A stretch of 64,000 nucleotides of DNA, from assembly GCA_964016885.1 (NCBI GenBank), contig OZ024741.1, positions 280,736,001-280,800,000 on the forward strand, written 5' to 3'. This document shows, piece by piece, positions 1-13,474 of this stretch. Under the pieces are notes generated by a model. It was given only the letters and a program-made list of their open reading frames with translations. It had not been told where the DNA came from and did not search any database. Within the stretch, counting starts at the first letter, position 1; each line of letters starts with the position of its first letter. Both the position numbers and the translations under genes were made by a program. Source of the DNA: Eledone cirrhosa (taxonomy: Eukaryota).

Positions 1-129
1 ATTAACCCTGTCATGAAAGTACCTGAAACCACCATTGGTTCTATAATATGAAGATGTTTATTTTAAAGTGCTTATATTTATCTAAAAACATTTCATAATT
101 TTATTTAGATCATTTAAGAATATAGATTT

Positions 130-1133
130 TATATGTGGCCGGTGCTCAGGTGCAATAAGTAGCAGCAAGTGCCCACAGAATACTATCTCATTCCATTGCA
201 CAGATGGTTCTATAGAAATAGTGGACACCTTCCGTTACCTGGGTGACAAAATCAGCAGTGGTGGAGGGTGCTCTGAAAGTACAGTAGCTAGAGTCAGAAC
301 GGGATGGAAAAAGTTCAGAGAGCTTATACCACTATTGGCTGCTAAAGGGTTCTCTGTAAAAATGAAAGGCAGGCTGTATGATGCCTGCATACGAACAGCA
401 ATGTTACATGGCAGTGAGACTTGGGCATTGTGTGCAGAGGATATACGCAGACTGGAGAGGAACGAAGCTTGCATAAACGAACTAAGGGAGAAATTAGGAA
501 TAAGAGGGATCAGATGTTGTTTACTCGAGAGAAGACTACGTTGGTATGGTCACGTGATGCGCATGAAAGACGACAGCTGTATAAAAAAGTGCAGGGCGAT
601 AAAAATAGATGGTAGCCACGGAGTAGGCAGACCCAGAAAAACCTGGGACGACTTGATAAATTCCGACCTCACACACTTACACCTCTCCAAGACAATGTCA
701 CTGGACCGAGATCCTTGGCGCTACACAGTAACACAGAAGACCCACCTTGCCTAAGTACAAAACGAAACCTACAGTCAGTAGGCACCTCTAACAAAAATAC
801 ACCCCCGTCCCACTACCCTCCACCCCATCCACACCACCCCTTTCAATGTAAAATTATGTTGGTACCACAATATCCAGTCCGAAATAAATGATGTCATGTA
901 GGTGTCACGACAAAAAAAACACACAGTCCACGCTGTAATGTGGCCGTGTAGCTAACACGGTAAAAATCTCCCAGTCCACACTGTAAACGTGGTTGGTGTT
1001 AGGAAGGGCATCCAGCCGTAGAAAACCCGCCAGACAGTCTTATACGAGCAATGCAACCAATCTTGTCTCAAGTGGGAAAATTCCCGTCCAAACCCATGCA
1101 AGCATGGAAGATGGATGTTAAACGATGATGATG
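130..1133 (+). mobile_element. RTE-clade LINE, 5'-truncated (ORF2 C-terminus plus 3' UTR)
   Basis: ORF 221-754 carries FRYLGD...ARVRTGWKKFREL...MLHGSETW...RRLRWYGHVMR...GRPRKTW, the post-RT region of RTE ORF2. The tail is (GAT)n at about 1124-1133. Near-identical to 31380-31992. Confidence 0.85.
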
Positions 1134-1469
1134 TGAAGTTAAGCTTCAAACATGAAAGTTATATTACTAAATCCCTCTAAATTCTTGATTAATTTCTAAA
1201 TCGTCAATAGTCTCTCTCATTAGAAATATAGTATGTATGTATGGTCTCATAACTCCCAAAGAAGCTCCATATTAACATACAGCGTTTCTAGGACTTTTTA
1301 AAGCCTAGCAGAGCACATCTCTTCAGGTCAGAAATATATTACTGAGAGTTAATGCTAGTTACTCAGTGAAAAGAATTTTTTTTTTCATAACATTTATAAA
1401 GTGTTTTGAGGTGTCAGTTACATTTTAATTTATAATTCAAAGAAAAACACTTTACCATATTTCTAAGAA

Positions 1470-2190
1470 AACAACTGATCTGCAAGACTTTCTGAATGTA
1501 CTGGCCAAACATTCACTGGAGGCTGGCTTACGCATCAACTTCTCCAAAACAAAGTGTATGACAACTGATAAAAACAATGCCAATCTACAACCAGCAAATT
1601 GTTCAAGTTACGAAGTTTGTATATCTCGGTCTCAAACTATCATCAAACAACAATGGAATGGTTGCTTCACAGTATCGCATCGCTTTAGGTTGGGCAGCTT
1701 TGAACAAGAACAAGGAAGTACTAACATCAAAACGAGTTTCCTATCATTTGAAGGCTAAGATCTTTGATACTTACATCCAACCAGTTGTGTTATATGGTCT
1801 TGACTGTGTTAATTGGACGGCAAGGTCACTTCAAAAGCTCTCTATACTCCAGAACCACATCATGAGACTTGTGACTGGCAAGCGGCTCAGCGACTGTATC
1901 TGTATCAGTGTGCTGCTCAATTACATCAATTGTCAAGTCGAGTACTCAAACTATCGGTCATATAAAAAGATCAACTTGTGGTATGAGTAGGATATGCCTG
2001 GAAGGAAGGAGGTTGGCTGGTAAGAGAAGCAGAGGCCAGCAGCTAAAACGATGGTTTGATAATGTCAACTTATGGACTGGACTTGATCTTTGCTCTTTAA
2101 ATTCTGCTGCTGGTGATCGAACTTTGTGAAGAAAAATATCTCATGTTGATGCGCAGTCTGCAACTGGCGTAGTTTAGCGTCACAAGAAGA
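1470..2190 (+). mobile_element. decayed RTE-like LINE fragment
   Basis: Frameshifted ORF2 remnants GLRINFSKTKCM, KFVYLG, IFDTYIQPVVLYG and GKRSRGQQLKRW. Confidence 0.7.
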
Positions 2191-2930
2191 ATAAAATTAT
2201 GATTTTCAAATTGTTTTTAAAATAAAAATTTTGGAAGGTTTAGTAACTAACATAACTCTCTCATTATTAAGCTGGTGTTTGGGGCATAGTTTGATAATGG
2301 TTTTTATATAAAATTATGGTGGAAGTGTTTTAAAATATTGTAGAACCAGGGGTGTTTTGGTGTCAAAGGGGCTAAACATTTTTAGAACTATTTTACTCTG
2401 ATACTGGTGAGTTTGTGATTATACAAATATACAAAAAAAATCTTTGTCATTTAGGTGTTGGAGAAAATTCAACAACTTTTTTTAATCCTGTCTATAAATA
2501 TAAAGCTCTGCTATATATAACTTTTGATTCTACTGTTTATATTCAATTGACTTGCTAGCAATACACATTTTGATTTTTGATAAATACCTCCTGTGTTAAA
2601 ATTAGGAGTTATTGTGATGTATTTGTAATAAATTGTTTCATAACTTTTTTTTTTTATTTTGCAGCTATAATGATAATATTTTAAATGGATATGTGATATA
2701 ACTATGATATGATGTATTTTTCCTAAAACATTTAAAACAAGTATTTTAAGATTAGATTTGTAGGCCTTAATTTAACATAAAATACATAGGAAATAAAAAA
2801 AAAAACCTGTTTGAGATGTACCGAGGTATGAGGTGCATTATTCTTTGTCCCAGTTAGACTATGGCCATGCTGGGGCATTGCCATGATGTACAAACCTCAT
2901 TAATAATTTTTCTTTTACTTTTTTTTTTAG

Positions 2931-3186
2931 TGAAAGCCTGTCTCAGACTTTGAATGAGGTAGTTGAGACTTCCTTGGATCACTTGGAAGGCATATGGAGT
3001 GAGATTGGTTTTGCAGCTGACCAGCGAGGTGAGCGTTGCAACAGTGTGTTGCAGCATGTGCAGAGCCTTTTTGAAGACATGGTACAACAAGAAACTGCAG
3101 TGAAGGATAGTCTTATTGGCAAAATCACAGATATTAAGGAAAAGTTGAGGATCCTAACTAAAGAATTAGCTGTGTCTGTATATGAG
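2931..3186 (+). CDS. PRC1: protein regulator of cytokinesis 1, first coding exon seen in window (starts in phase 2)
   Basis: Acceptor ttttag at 2929-2930, donor gtaaag at 3187. ESLSQTLNEVVETSLDHLEGIWSEIGFAADQRGER matches the PRC1 N-terminus (human LNHLREIWELIGIPEDQRLQR, from memory). Confidence 0.93.
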
Positions 3187-3399
3187 GTAAAGTAGATTTG
3201 TGCTCATCTTTTTTTTTCTTTTGTTACAAGGAGTTAATGTAATTTAAGTGGAACATCATTATCATCCATTAACAGTTGTTTTCCATGTTTGCATGGGTTA
3301 GATAGGCTGTTGTATGACCAGGTCTTGCTCGTATGTTCATTTTTGGCTTGGTTTTCTACATTAGAGGCCCTTCCTAATGCCAATCACTTCACAGCATTT

Positions 3400-3585
3400 A
3401 CTGATTGCATTTTGTTGTGGTATCAGCACAACCACCTTACAGGGTGGAGTGCGTGCGTTTTGTCATGGCATCAGCACAGCCACTTTACATAGACTGGGTG
3501 CGTTTTGTTGTGGCACCTGCACGACCACCTTACGGGGTGGACTCTGTGCATTTTCTCATGGCACTAGCATGAGCACTTTAGTATA
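3400..3585. repeat. tandem ~44-bp units inside a SINE/RTE-3'UTR-derived repeat
   Basis: Repeated ttttgttgtggcatcagcacaaccaccttacagggtgga-like units. The same family occurs at about 49900-50090 and 53300-53600. Confidence 0.7.
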
Positions 3586-3980
3586 ACAGTACATTTTGTC
3601 TACAAGCCGCTTCTAGTTCCTATGAAGAACCATTTCACAGACAAATAGTTTGCTAACTCACTCTTCTTAGTTTTAATCTCTCAAGGGTTGATTTGGTCTT
3701 TCATTTGTTGGGGTTGCTGAAATAATTATTCATAATATTCTATTTATACATCCCTTTATCAAGAAAAGAAATTCATATGTGATCCTGATTCCTTACAAAC
3801 TTCTCTTATAATACTAAAGTTGTGTTTGAATGTTTGTTTGCACTTTGATTGTTGCTCAAACAGTTAATTCTATGCTAAATGTTTTGATTTATGTACTCTT
3901 AAACATACGCGCTTTTGCATCAAATATTTTTTGCCAAATTCCACAAACTACAACTCTTACAAGAAAAGATTTTTTATTAG

Positions 3981-4186
3981 TTAATCCTTTAGCATTTAAA
4001 CCGGCCATATCTGGATAGAATTATCTCACCTCTTTCTGTTCAAACTGGTTGTAACTGGCCACTCATACCAACTTTAATGTATTGTTCTCAAAATATCAAA
4101 ATTGCTTAGATTCAATATGTGAGATTTAGCCTTTTCTGTGAAAATACAATAGTAAATATAAAGTAATATGAATGCTAAAGGGTTAA
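3981..4186. mobile_element. MITE, TTAA-flanked (piggyBac-like termini)
   Basis: Termini ttaatcctttagcatt ... aatgctaaagggttaa. Further copies at 14139-14354 and 27541-27737. Confidence 0.75.
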
Positions 4187-5155
4187 ATCAATGGTTTAAA
4201 ATGTTTTTGTCTCCTTTATAAACACTCGCTTACACAAAAATAGTCGTACACACACATACCAAGGTGTGTTCACATAGACAAATAAATGCAGAAACACACA
4301 CAATGTGCAAATTTGCAAAAACAAACACAAAATTTAATGACAACAACATAAGGAGAAAGGAGCATCCATACACACAATCAGTCAATCTACTAAAAGAAAC
4401 AACCAGGCATTAGTTATCAAGTCACATTCCTCCCTTCTCTTTCAATCTTGCTCTGCAACTGTGACCATTCAATATAATCTATCATGAAATCTGTTGTACA
4501 TGTCATATAAAGTCTGTCATACTGGAAATGAGTGGGGTAAAAATGTGTTTCAACAAGAGATTTGTGTTGGAGGTGGCAAGAAAGCCAAACATTTTTCTAA
4601 TCTCATGGTGTAACAAATCTTTATGGAAAGATGATGTTAATAATGTGAGTACTAAAAGAGGAATTGCTTTTCAAAACATTGGTCATGCTGTGGAAAGGGC
4701 ATAAGTGTGCATGAGACAGCGATGGTGGGGCCAAATTATTTTTTTTTTAATCCTATACTGTAATAGGTTTTATAGAAAAGGATGGTATAAATTTGTTGTG
4801 GGGGCAGGGGAGAACTAAAAGATAAATTACTTTTATGAAAAAAATTGTTTGTCCTCAAATTATTAGCAAAATATTCCATTTTGGTAGTTATTTAAATATA
4901 TTTGGTGATTGTTTCTAATTAAACCATGGAATTTCCAAAATGACCAATTCAGTGTAATATTTCCAATACAATGCTAAGGATCTAGTGTATTTATAATGGT
5001 CTGCAAATATTTATAATTAGCATTACATTTTAAATTACTTTTTATAGCTGTTTTTTTAATTTATAATTAGCATTACATTTTAAATTGCTTTTTACAGCTG
5101 TTTTTTTTTTTTTTTTTTTTTTTTTTTGTATGAATTTATTATTTTTTTTTTCTAG

Positions 5156-5389
5156 CCTGATAGCAGTCTGACAATGTTACAGTGTCGAAAAGATCTACTC
5201 CATCATTTGGAAATATTGACCAAGCAAAAACACACACGTATGGTGGCACTGAAGAATTTGATAGATCAAGAAAAGCTCTTGTGTGACCGCACTAAAATGC
5301 CTCATTTCCACATATCGCATGGCTCTATACCTTCAGACAAAGATCTGTCTGAATTTGAGAAACACATCGAAACACTGGCTATTGAGCAG
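5156..5389 (+). CDS. PRC1: PRC1 coding exon
   Basis: ctag acceptor, gtttgt donor, 234 bp, phase 0. Encodes PDSSLTMLQCRKDL...IPSDKDLSEFEKHIETLAIEQ. Confidence 0.92.
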
Positions 5390-6012
5390 GTTTGTTTTTA
5401 CTTTGTTAAGCATGGGATGTATATACAGGGCTGCTCAGCTCTTTGAGGATACATCTTTTAATGGTGTGAGCAAACGAAGACCACACACTTACCAACAAGA
5501 TTCTGCACTATGAGTGGAATTTGATAAACAAAAACCTCAAAAGCCCTTTGTACATGTGTGTGTATATATATAGTCCATGTTTATGTTTGTTTCTGTCTGC
5601 CTCACAACTTTATGATTCGATAAAGCAAGTACTGGGATTGATATGATCAAGTAAATCAAAGCAGTGCTCCAGTTTGGCTGCAGTCTAATGACTGAAACTA
5701 GTTAAAGAATAAAAGCTTGTGGTCCATTTGTCTTACAAATGTGTTCACAAGGATGAATGTTATTAATCTTGAAGTAAAACTTGAGCTTTCTATAAATTAG
5801 TATTATCCAGAGGAAAGCATGTCTCATAAATTTTGCATCAGTAATGTCTTGTTTCTCTCAGTTGAAATTCCTCAGGAGATGCTTTTTGACTTATATTTCC
5901 TCAGAATCATAAACTCTTTGGGTACCAAACCTTCCTTTGAAACTCATTTTGAAATATTTACACTTATAATAAACCTTTGGTTTTTCTCAGCTATTTATCT
6001 ATAATAGAAGGA

Positions 6013-6134
6013 GCAACGTGAAATAAAGTGTCTTGCTCAAGGACATAACGCATTGCCCGGTCCAGGTTGTGAGTTTGATTCCTGGACCGGGTGATGCATT
6101 ATGTCCTTGAGCAAGACACTTTATTTCACGTTGC
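6013..6134. repeat. 54-bp-arm inverted repeat made of SINE head sequence
   Basis: 6013-6066 is the reverse complement of 6081-6134 with 3 mismatches and a 14-bp spacer. Confidence 0.9.
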
Positions 6135-6437
6135 GACCGATAGATAGTATTAGCAACTGGAAAGACCAACGGAAACATTGTTTCCTCGGTCCAATTTGAC
6201 GAAAGTCAATCGATCCTTATCTATAATGAATAACTATTGTTATATGATTATTTTCTGTGTTTGGGACTCACATTTCTAAATTCCAAACTCCCAGATTCAA
6301 GCTGCCATAATTCATAAGGTTTATCAACCTTAGTGTTTTTATTTTGCTGCTGCCCTGCAAAAATTGGTCTTTGTCAAAAAAGATTTGTTTTTGTTTTGTT
6401 TTGTTTTTTATTTACATAAATTTTATTTTATTTTTAG

Positions 6438-6608
6438 GACAAACGTTTTGCAACGTTTAGTATTGTCAGAGAACAAATTCAAGAAATGTTCAAATATATA
6501 GATGTCAGTGCATCCACTGTTTTTGAGAGACAAGCACTGGTTGATGATGAGAATGACTTCATCTTATCTTCTGAGAACATGTCTGCATTAAATGATTTGC
6601 AGTTGGAG
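6438..6608 (+). CDS. PRC1: PRC1 coding exon
   Basis: ttag acceptor, gtaagt donor, 171 bp. Encodes DKRFATFSIVREQI...STVFERQALVDDENDFILSSENM. Confidence 0.93.
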
Positions 6609-7571
6609 GTAAGTTACTTGGTCTTTTCACTTTTTTTTTTATTTTCGCTCCTCTCTTTTGACTGTATCACTGCTTTGCTTCAGTTCTGGTTCTAATGTGA
6701 GCTCTGTAAGCCATAGTGAAGGCAACTCGTCTAAGAGAGTAGACACTCCAAATAAAAACTAACACAGGGAGGAGAGGTTTCTTAAGTCCAGTAAAACAAC
6801 CTTTTTAATGCTGCTGGCACGATTAATGCACCCAGTAAACATTGTAAAGTGGTTGGTGATAGGAAGGACATCCAGCCAGAAAGCCCTGCCAAAAACATGA
6901 AAAGCACAACAAATATTATTCTCACTAATTGCAGTCTAACCCATGCAAGTATGGAAAAACAGATGTAAAAATGATACTGATGATGTATGTATGGACCAAT
7001 CCCTCATTATAGAGTTGTAGGGCACCACCATGGCATGTTTTGGGTATTATATAAACCTGGCAACGCTCATCCCCTCTCCATGTCTGAATGCAGCTGGAAG
7101 AAAAGAAGGCTACACCAGCACTAGGATGGTACTTTCTTTATCGACCCTGGAAGGATGAAAGGCAAAGTTAGGGGCCTGTTCTGTCTTTGCCATAGGTTGG
7201 TCTGGTATTGCAGTACTCCCAAGATTCAACTCATAAGAAAGTTTAACTTATGTAGACATAGAAAATAAACTTTAAACAATTACAATGATACTTCAAGACA
7301 GGATCTTTTATACAACAATGCCACAATCTTGCAAATAATATTTGCTAATTCTTTTTAAGCCATAATTTAGGCTGATAGAGTAAAAAAAAAACAATTTGCT
7401 TATATAAAATCAAATATATAGATGGAAAAATTTGTTTTTAAATCATTTCTTTTATTTCCATCCATATTGATTAGTTAATTGAAATAGTGTATTTCATTAG
7501 AAATACAGTAATGAAAGTATTAAATTGTGGAATGTTCACATTAATTTTTGTATTTTCTCTGTAAATTTCAG

Positions 7572-7721
7572 GTAATTGATCGCAAAGCTAAAGCAGAAGA
7601 GAAACTACTTGCATTAAAGAATCGTTTAAATGTTCTTTGGGATCGACTGGAAACACCAGTAGAAACTCGAGAGTTGTTTTGGGAAGAGAATGGGTCTTTG
7701 AAACAAGAACATATAAAAATT
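7572..7721 (+). CDS. PRC1: PRC1 coding exon
   Basis: tcag acceptor, gtaagt donor, 150 bp. Encodes LKNRLNVLWDRLETPVETRE. Confidence 0.93.
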
Positions 7722-7824
7722 GTAAGTGATTTTACATTGACTTTATTTTTTAACCATCCAGATTTTCTCTTATTCTTATTCTCTACCTCCATTCATACCC
7801 ACTCCTTTTCTCAAACATACTTTT

Positions 7825-7859
<35 letters not shown>

Positions 7860-8679
7860 AAATAAGTTTAATGAATGAATATAAATCAAAATACTTGTAA
7901 ATCTGTTAAAACTCATAGTTGTTTATTTTAGAGGTTCCTGATATTTTGGTTGAGAAAAGTATATAGTTATCCAAAGGCAGTCATTAGAACATCAAAATGC
8001 TTTGCAGCAATTGTTCTGGCTCAAATCTTATTGAAGTCAACTTTGCCTTTCATCCTTTCGGGGTTGATAAAAACAAAATACCAGTCCAGTACCATGGGCA
8101 ATCCTTCCTCTATATTTCCTTCTCATTTCATCTCTAACACCTCTCTTCTTTTGAAGAAATCTGCTCTGTTCAGACCTGGTGGAGGGGTGAGCTCCACCAG
8201 GTTTAAAGTACTCAAGAAACACTGTCATGATGGTGTCCCTACAACTCCACCAGGAGTTGCAGATCCATACATATAGTTGTCCATAAGGCAATAGTTGATT
8301 CGGATGATAGAGCACCACGTGACCTACATGTTAATATAATTGAGATTTAACCCTTATTCACCTGATGAGTAAAGTGAAATACTTGTTGCCAGGTTAAATT
8401 GATCCAACAGTCTATTGATATTTTAATCTTTGATGGAAAACAAGAAAACATTCTTGAGTGGTCTTCATTTCCTTAGTTTTTGTAACTGGATTATTTAAGC
8501 TGTTAGCCCTTAACATCCTGTAACTATTTAGCAGAAAATATCTAAAGCTGGGCTTCTTAAATTCAAATGTTTATAGTATCTTTAGTAGATAGATCGTATG
8601 AACATAATAGAAGTGGGTTGGTGTTTAATGAGTTAAGAGTTAAACTAATATTAATTTGGTATTTATTTCTTTTGTGTAG

Positions 8680-8830
8680 CTAAATGAAGAAATTGTTCGT
8701 TTGGATGCCCTGAAGCACACTCAGATGGAGAAAGTTGTGACAAGCATGAAGCGAGAGTTGGAGCGTTGGTGGAAAGTTTGCTTTATTCCAGATCAAATGA
8801 GAGATGAATGTACTGCTTTCAAAACTGAAG
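8680..8830 (+). CDS. PRC1: PRC1 coding exon (absent from the ORF track)
   Basis: gtag acceptor, gtattt donor, 151 bp, ends in phase 1. Encodes LNEEIVRLDALKHTQMEKVVTSMKRELERWWKVCFI. Confidence 0.92.
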
Positions 8831-10320
8831 GTATTTCAATACACACACACATATATTATTTGATTTTATCTTAGACATTGCTTTTGGTATCGATGGCTCT
8901 CTATTACTAACTTTCACATGACTAATGTAAAAAAAAGTTGTAGAATGTGAAACATTTGTGCAGTTTATGTGGTGATTTACAAAACTAGATTTTAGTGAAA
9001 AATATGTGAAGAAAGAATTCTATTAGAAAGGTTTCCTTGTGGGTTAAAGAACGGATGTAATATTTGGTTTGATGGGATCCACACATTAAGAAGAGCAAGC
9101 ATCTCATGTAAAAGAGGAACAGTGGGCGTAAAATGATGTCTTTTTTTTAGAGGAATATTGAAGACATAACCACAATAGTATGGCAAGAATCTTAAGAAAT
9201 GGCTGTTAACATGTAAAGATATTTTCTATTTTGAGTATAGTGAATGCGTGTGACTTAGTGATTCAGGTGTTCAGCTCAAGATGGTAAAGTCATAAGTTTG
9301 ATTCCTGGTGGCAAGTTGTGTTCTTGAGCCAGGTATTTCACGTTACAATTCACTTGGCTGGCAAAAATGAGTTGGATTTGTAATTCAAAGGGCCATCCTT
9401 GTCACACTGGTACTCCCTGAGAACTACATTAAGTGTACCATTATTTGTGGAATGCTCGGCTACTTGCACATTAATTCTGTGGATACACGTAATCCGGGGT
9501 TTTAAAATATATAATAATATACTTTGGTATCTTCTGTAATATGGGGACATTTTTGTTGCATCCTCATCAGTTTTACATCCAGGTTTCCATGTTGTCCTAG
9601 GTTGGACAAAAGCAGAACTTGTGCCTGTTTCATTAGACATTAACTGGGTACTCTGTTAGTTGCAAGTTTCATAATTTCATTACTGTATTTCTAATGAAAT
9701 ACATCGAATTTCTAACAATATATGCTGTATTTCAATTTGGAAAGATTTACTTAAATTATTTCATTACGAAGATGATATTTGTAACAACTTCAAAAGCTTG
9801 TTACATCACATTATGTTGGGAGATTTTAATTCAAGTAACCTTTCGAAATGGTTTTGTTTCAAAAACCCAGAGGCAAGTTGGTATCAAATAGGTTAACCTA
9901 TGCTCTTGTTACTTGTGTTTATTTAGTGAAGTGGTATATTGAGAATTATCTTAAACATTTTCTTGTACGTGTTTATAATAAAAGATAATTTTTTTGGTGC
10001 TCTCTATTCCTTTTAACCCTTTTGTGACCGTATTTATAATGAAATATACTCTTTCAGTTAATTCATGCAGAATTTTGAAGGATTTATTCAAATGATTAAT
10101 TATCCTGTTCCTAATATAATAACTTAACATATGGTTCTTGTATAATGTCATGCTGGAAGATATAAATTTATATAGGAATTATTTGAAATGGATTTTTTTT
10201 CTTTCATTGAACCAGGATTGGTTTTGGCTAGGTTGGTATCAAGAGGGTTAAGCAACTGTTATAAATGTGCTTGAAATGTTCTTGCCTTCACTAAAAGTTG
10301 CTTCTTCTATCTTTTTAAAG

Positions 10321-10457
10321 GTGTCTTCACTGATGAGATTGCTGATGCTCTTGAAGTAGAAATTAATAATCTACAGGCTTTTTATGAGCGACACAAGAAT
10401 CTTTACAGCCAAGTGAAACAATGGGAAGAAATACTTGAGGAATATACTGTTCTAGAA
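10321..10457 (+). CDS. PRC1: PRC1 coding exon (absent from the ORF track)
   Basis: aaag acceptor, gtgagg donor, 137 bp. Encodes GVFTDEIADALEVEINNLQAFYERHKNLYSQVKQWEE. Confidence 0.92.
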
Positions 10458-10498
10458 GTGAGGAGAAATTTATCAGTTGTATATTTGTTAAACTATTA

Positions 10499-10665
10499 GT
10501 CCTGATAAAATAGGTAGTAGTTGAATACAATGTTCCCAGGCCATGCTGTGGTGCTGGAGTCCTGATAAAATGTCTCCCATGTCATGCAGTAGTGCTGAAG
10601 TCCTGATAAAATTCTCTCAGGCCATGCTGTGGTGCTGCAGTTCTGATAAAATGTTTCCAGTACAT
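10499..10665. repeat. minisatellite-like tandem ~41-bp units
   Basis: Repeated gtcctgataaaa...catgctgtggtgctg units. Confidence 0.7.
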
Positions 10666-11283
10666 CCTGTAAGGTTCTAGTCCAGTCATGTTAAAATACT
10701 CCCACTACACGAAAGTGGTTGGTTTTAGACACAGCATCCAGCTGTAGAAACCAAAATGGAATATTCAAGTGAGATGCAGCCTCCTTCCCTCCATCTGCAT
10801 AAAAATAAATGTAGGAGTAAGGCATGACCCCTTTTAGTGTTAGTGATGAGATAAAATTAAGACAAAGACAACATGAATGTTGGCAGGTTTTCTCTGTTGC
10901 TGTGTACACAAGATGATGTAAACTGTGATGACCCAGCTAAAATATCAGCATAGAAAAACATGTAAAATAGAGTCTGCTTTCTTCAGTGCCATTCACTCTA
11001 ACATTATTATTATGGCCTTTTACCTTCTGAGTTCAAATCTCGCCAAGGTTAGCTTTGCTTTTCATCCTTACGGGGTCAATAAAGTACCAGTAATGCATTG
11101 TGGTCAATTTAATCAACAAAATTGTTGGCCTTGTGCCTAAATCAGAAACCATTATTATTTTTGGTTCTTTTGATTAGAATAGACCTGCTGCAATTATTTC
11201 ACATCTTTCCAGAATAATATTTCTTATTTATGTTGCATAAAAATTTTTTTTAATTATAAAGTGATTTTTTTTTCTCTTTCTAG

Positions 11284-11379
11284 AAAAAGGCAACAGATCC
11301 TAATCGTTTCAACAATCGTGGTGGGGCTTTACTTCAGGAGGAAAAAGCTCGCAAAAGAATTATCAAAGAGTTACCAAAA
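11284..11379 (+). CDS. PRC1: PRC1 coding exon with the MAP65/Ase1 signature
   Basis: ctag acceptor, gttagc donor, 96 bp. [32 protein letters not shown] contains the conserved DPNRF-NRGG-LL-EEK motif. Confidence 0.96.
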
Positions 11380-12240
11380 GTTAGCATTTTTTTTTTGTAT
11401 TTCTGCCAAGCCTATCAAGGAGGACAGTAACTCCAATAAGTAATCAATTGATCTGTAATGACCTGTTCAGTCCATGTCAGTATGGAAAAACAGACATTAA
11501 GTGATAATATATATATATATATTGCCCAGCCCACACTAACATGATCGTGTAGGTGTCACAACAAAAAGCATCTAGTACATACTGGAAATGTGCATGGCGT
11601 TTGGAAGGGCATTCAGCTGTAGAAACCAAGCAAAAATCAGTTCTGTATGAACAAGACATGGTCAGCTGACTTGTCTCACAATGGGACAACTCGTCTAACC
11701 CATGCTAGCATTAAACGATGATGATGTGTGTGTGTGTGTTTTGCCAAGAGGCAATCTGAATGTAACTCTAGACTTTGTTTGATAAAGAAGCCATTTTGTT
11801 TTCTAATGTATTTAAAATACACATGTGGAGCATATTTTTGTCTAGTTCATTTGTTGAATAGGCAGACATACTTTGCAGCTGATCCTATTGGAAGAAACTG
11901 TCGCCAAATGATATGACTAGACCCCCTTCCCTCCAAGCAAGAACACAGCTTAAAACTGGTTGTATGGATGTTATACAACATACAAATTATCCTCAATCTA
12001 TAAATGTTGATGAATGCTAAATATTAATTTCTGTAATACTAGAAAGTTTATATATATCAATGTACAGGTTTTGTGTGTGTGTTCGCACACATGCTAACAG
12101 ACAGGCACACGCATACACTCATCTGCAGAGATGGAAATATGAAAGTAATCTATATTGACAGAGCCATATGTAATTAACTACTGAATAATTTATTCATTTA
12201 CATCTGTTAGTTGTTAATAGATGTCAGTAGCTATTACTAA

Positions 12241-12415
<175 letters not shown>

Positions 12416-13327
12416 GCTCTGTTGGCCCTGAGCCAAACAAACTTGAATGTTAGGTCAACAAACAAGGGACTTTATAGTCATAAGCTGAAGAGAACAGAAC
12501 AAACCTTTTCAACTTACCATACAATTATTTTTAGGTTTTTATCACAAATATTGAGCATTGGTTTGTTTGTTTTTTAACTAGTGTGGAGTTATGGCTGCCA
12601 ATTACTATTATGTACTGAATGTTCATTGGACTTGAAATTAAACTTAAATATTTTTTGTAGTCACCCTATTTATTTTTCCTCTCTTGGATGTTAGCTTTTT
12701 GTCTTGCAGTTCATTTTTTCTGCACATATCTAGTGTATGTATTTGTGTGAATGTATTTACATGTATGTGTGTGTAATCATCATCACCGTTTAACCTCCAT
12801 TTTTTAATGATTGCATGAGTTGGACGGATTCTTTTCAGCACATCATCTTTCCATTCGCCACGTTCCTTCATCTCCTCTGTGAGTCTGTGATTTGAGGTCA
12901 GGTCTTCCTTGGTCTACCCCCTACTGTGGCTTCTCTACACTGGGATACGTGTGTATGTGTATATCATCAGTTTATCTGCTTCTCTATACATATTGGACAC
13001 ATTCTTTCCAGCACAGCCCCCTCCCTCAACTTCTGGTGTTTCTTTGTCATCAACTCTGTAGCCCATCACTTTCAAGGGTGACAAGACAGTTCCAGTTGTT
13101 TGATCTATGGAACAGCCTGCACATGAAATTAACATGAGTGACTAAGCATTCTGCAGACATATCTACCCTTAATGCCATTCATCCAACAAGCTTCCAAATA
13201 GTTTTGAATTAACAAAACGTTTTTTAGATGTTTTCTGCTAAATCATTACAGGATGTTAAGAGTTAATGCTAAGCTATAGCTGCTATTGACTGTAATGTTT
13301 TTCTATGTCTGTTAATTAAATTTTCAG

Positions 13328-13474
13328 CTGGAGGCTAACCTTCAGGAATTGATCAATAAATGGGAAGAGGAACAGAAATTGAAATTCTTAATTTATGGAG
13401 TGGAGTTCTCGGAATATGTTACACAACGCTACAAAACCATTCAGGAAGAGAAGGAGCGTGAAAAAGAAAAGCGA
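13328..13474 (+). CDS. PRC1: PRC1 coding exon
   Basis: tcag acceptor, gtaagt donor, 147 bp. Encodes LEANLQELINKWEEEQKLKFLIYGVEFSEYV...EKEREKEKR. Confidence 0.94.

Noticed and set aside
1-2930. Search for the PRC1 start-codon exon
   Set aside because: No convincing ATG plus phase-2 donor or promoter-like region was found. It presumably lies upstream of the window.
8345-8400. CTGATGA...GAAA hammerhead-like core flanked by atttaacc/ggttaaat
   Set aside because: Stem II and proximal stem I do not pair and there is no well-placed UH triplet. At best a decayed remnant.
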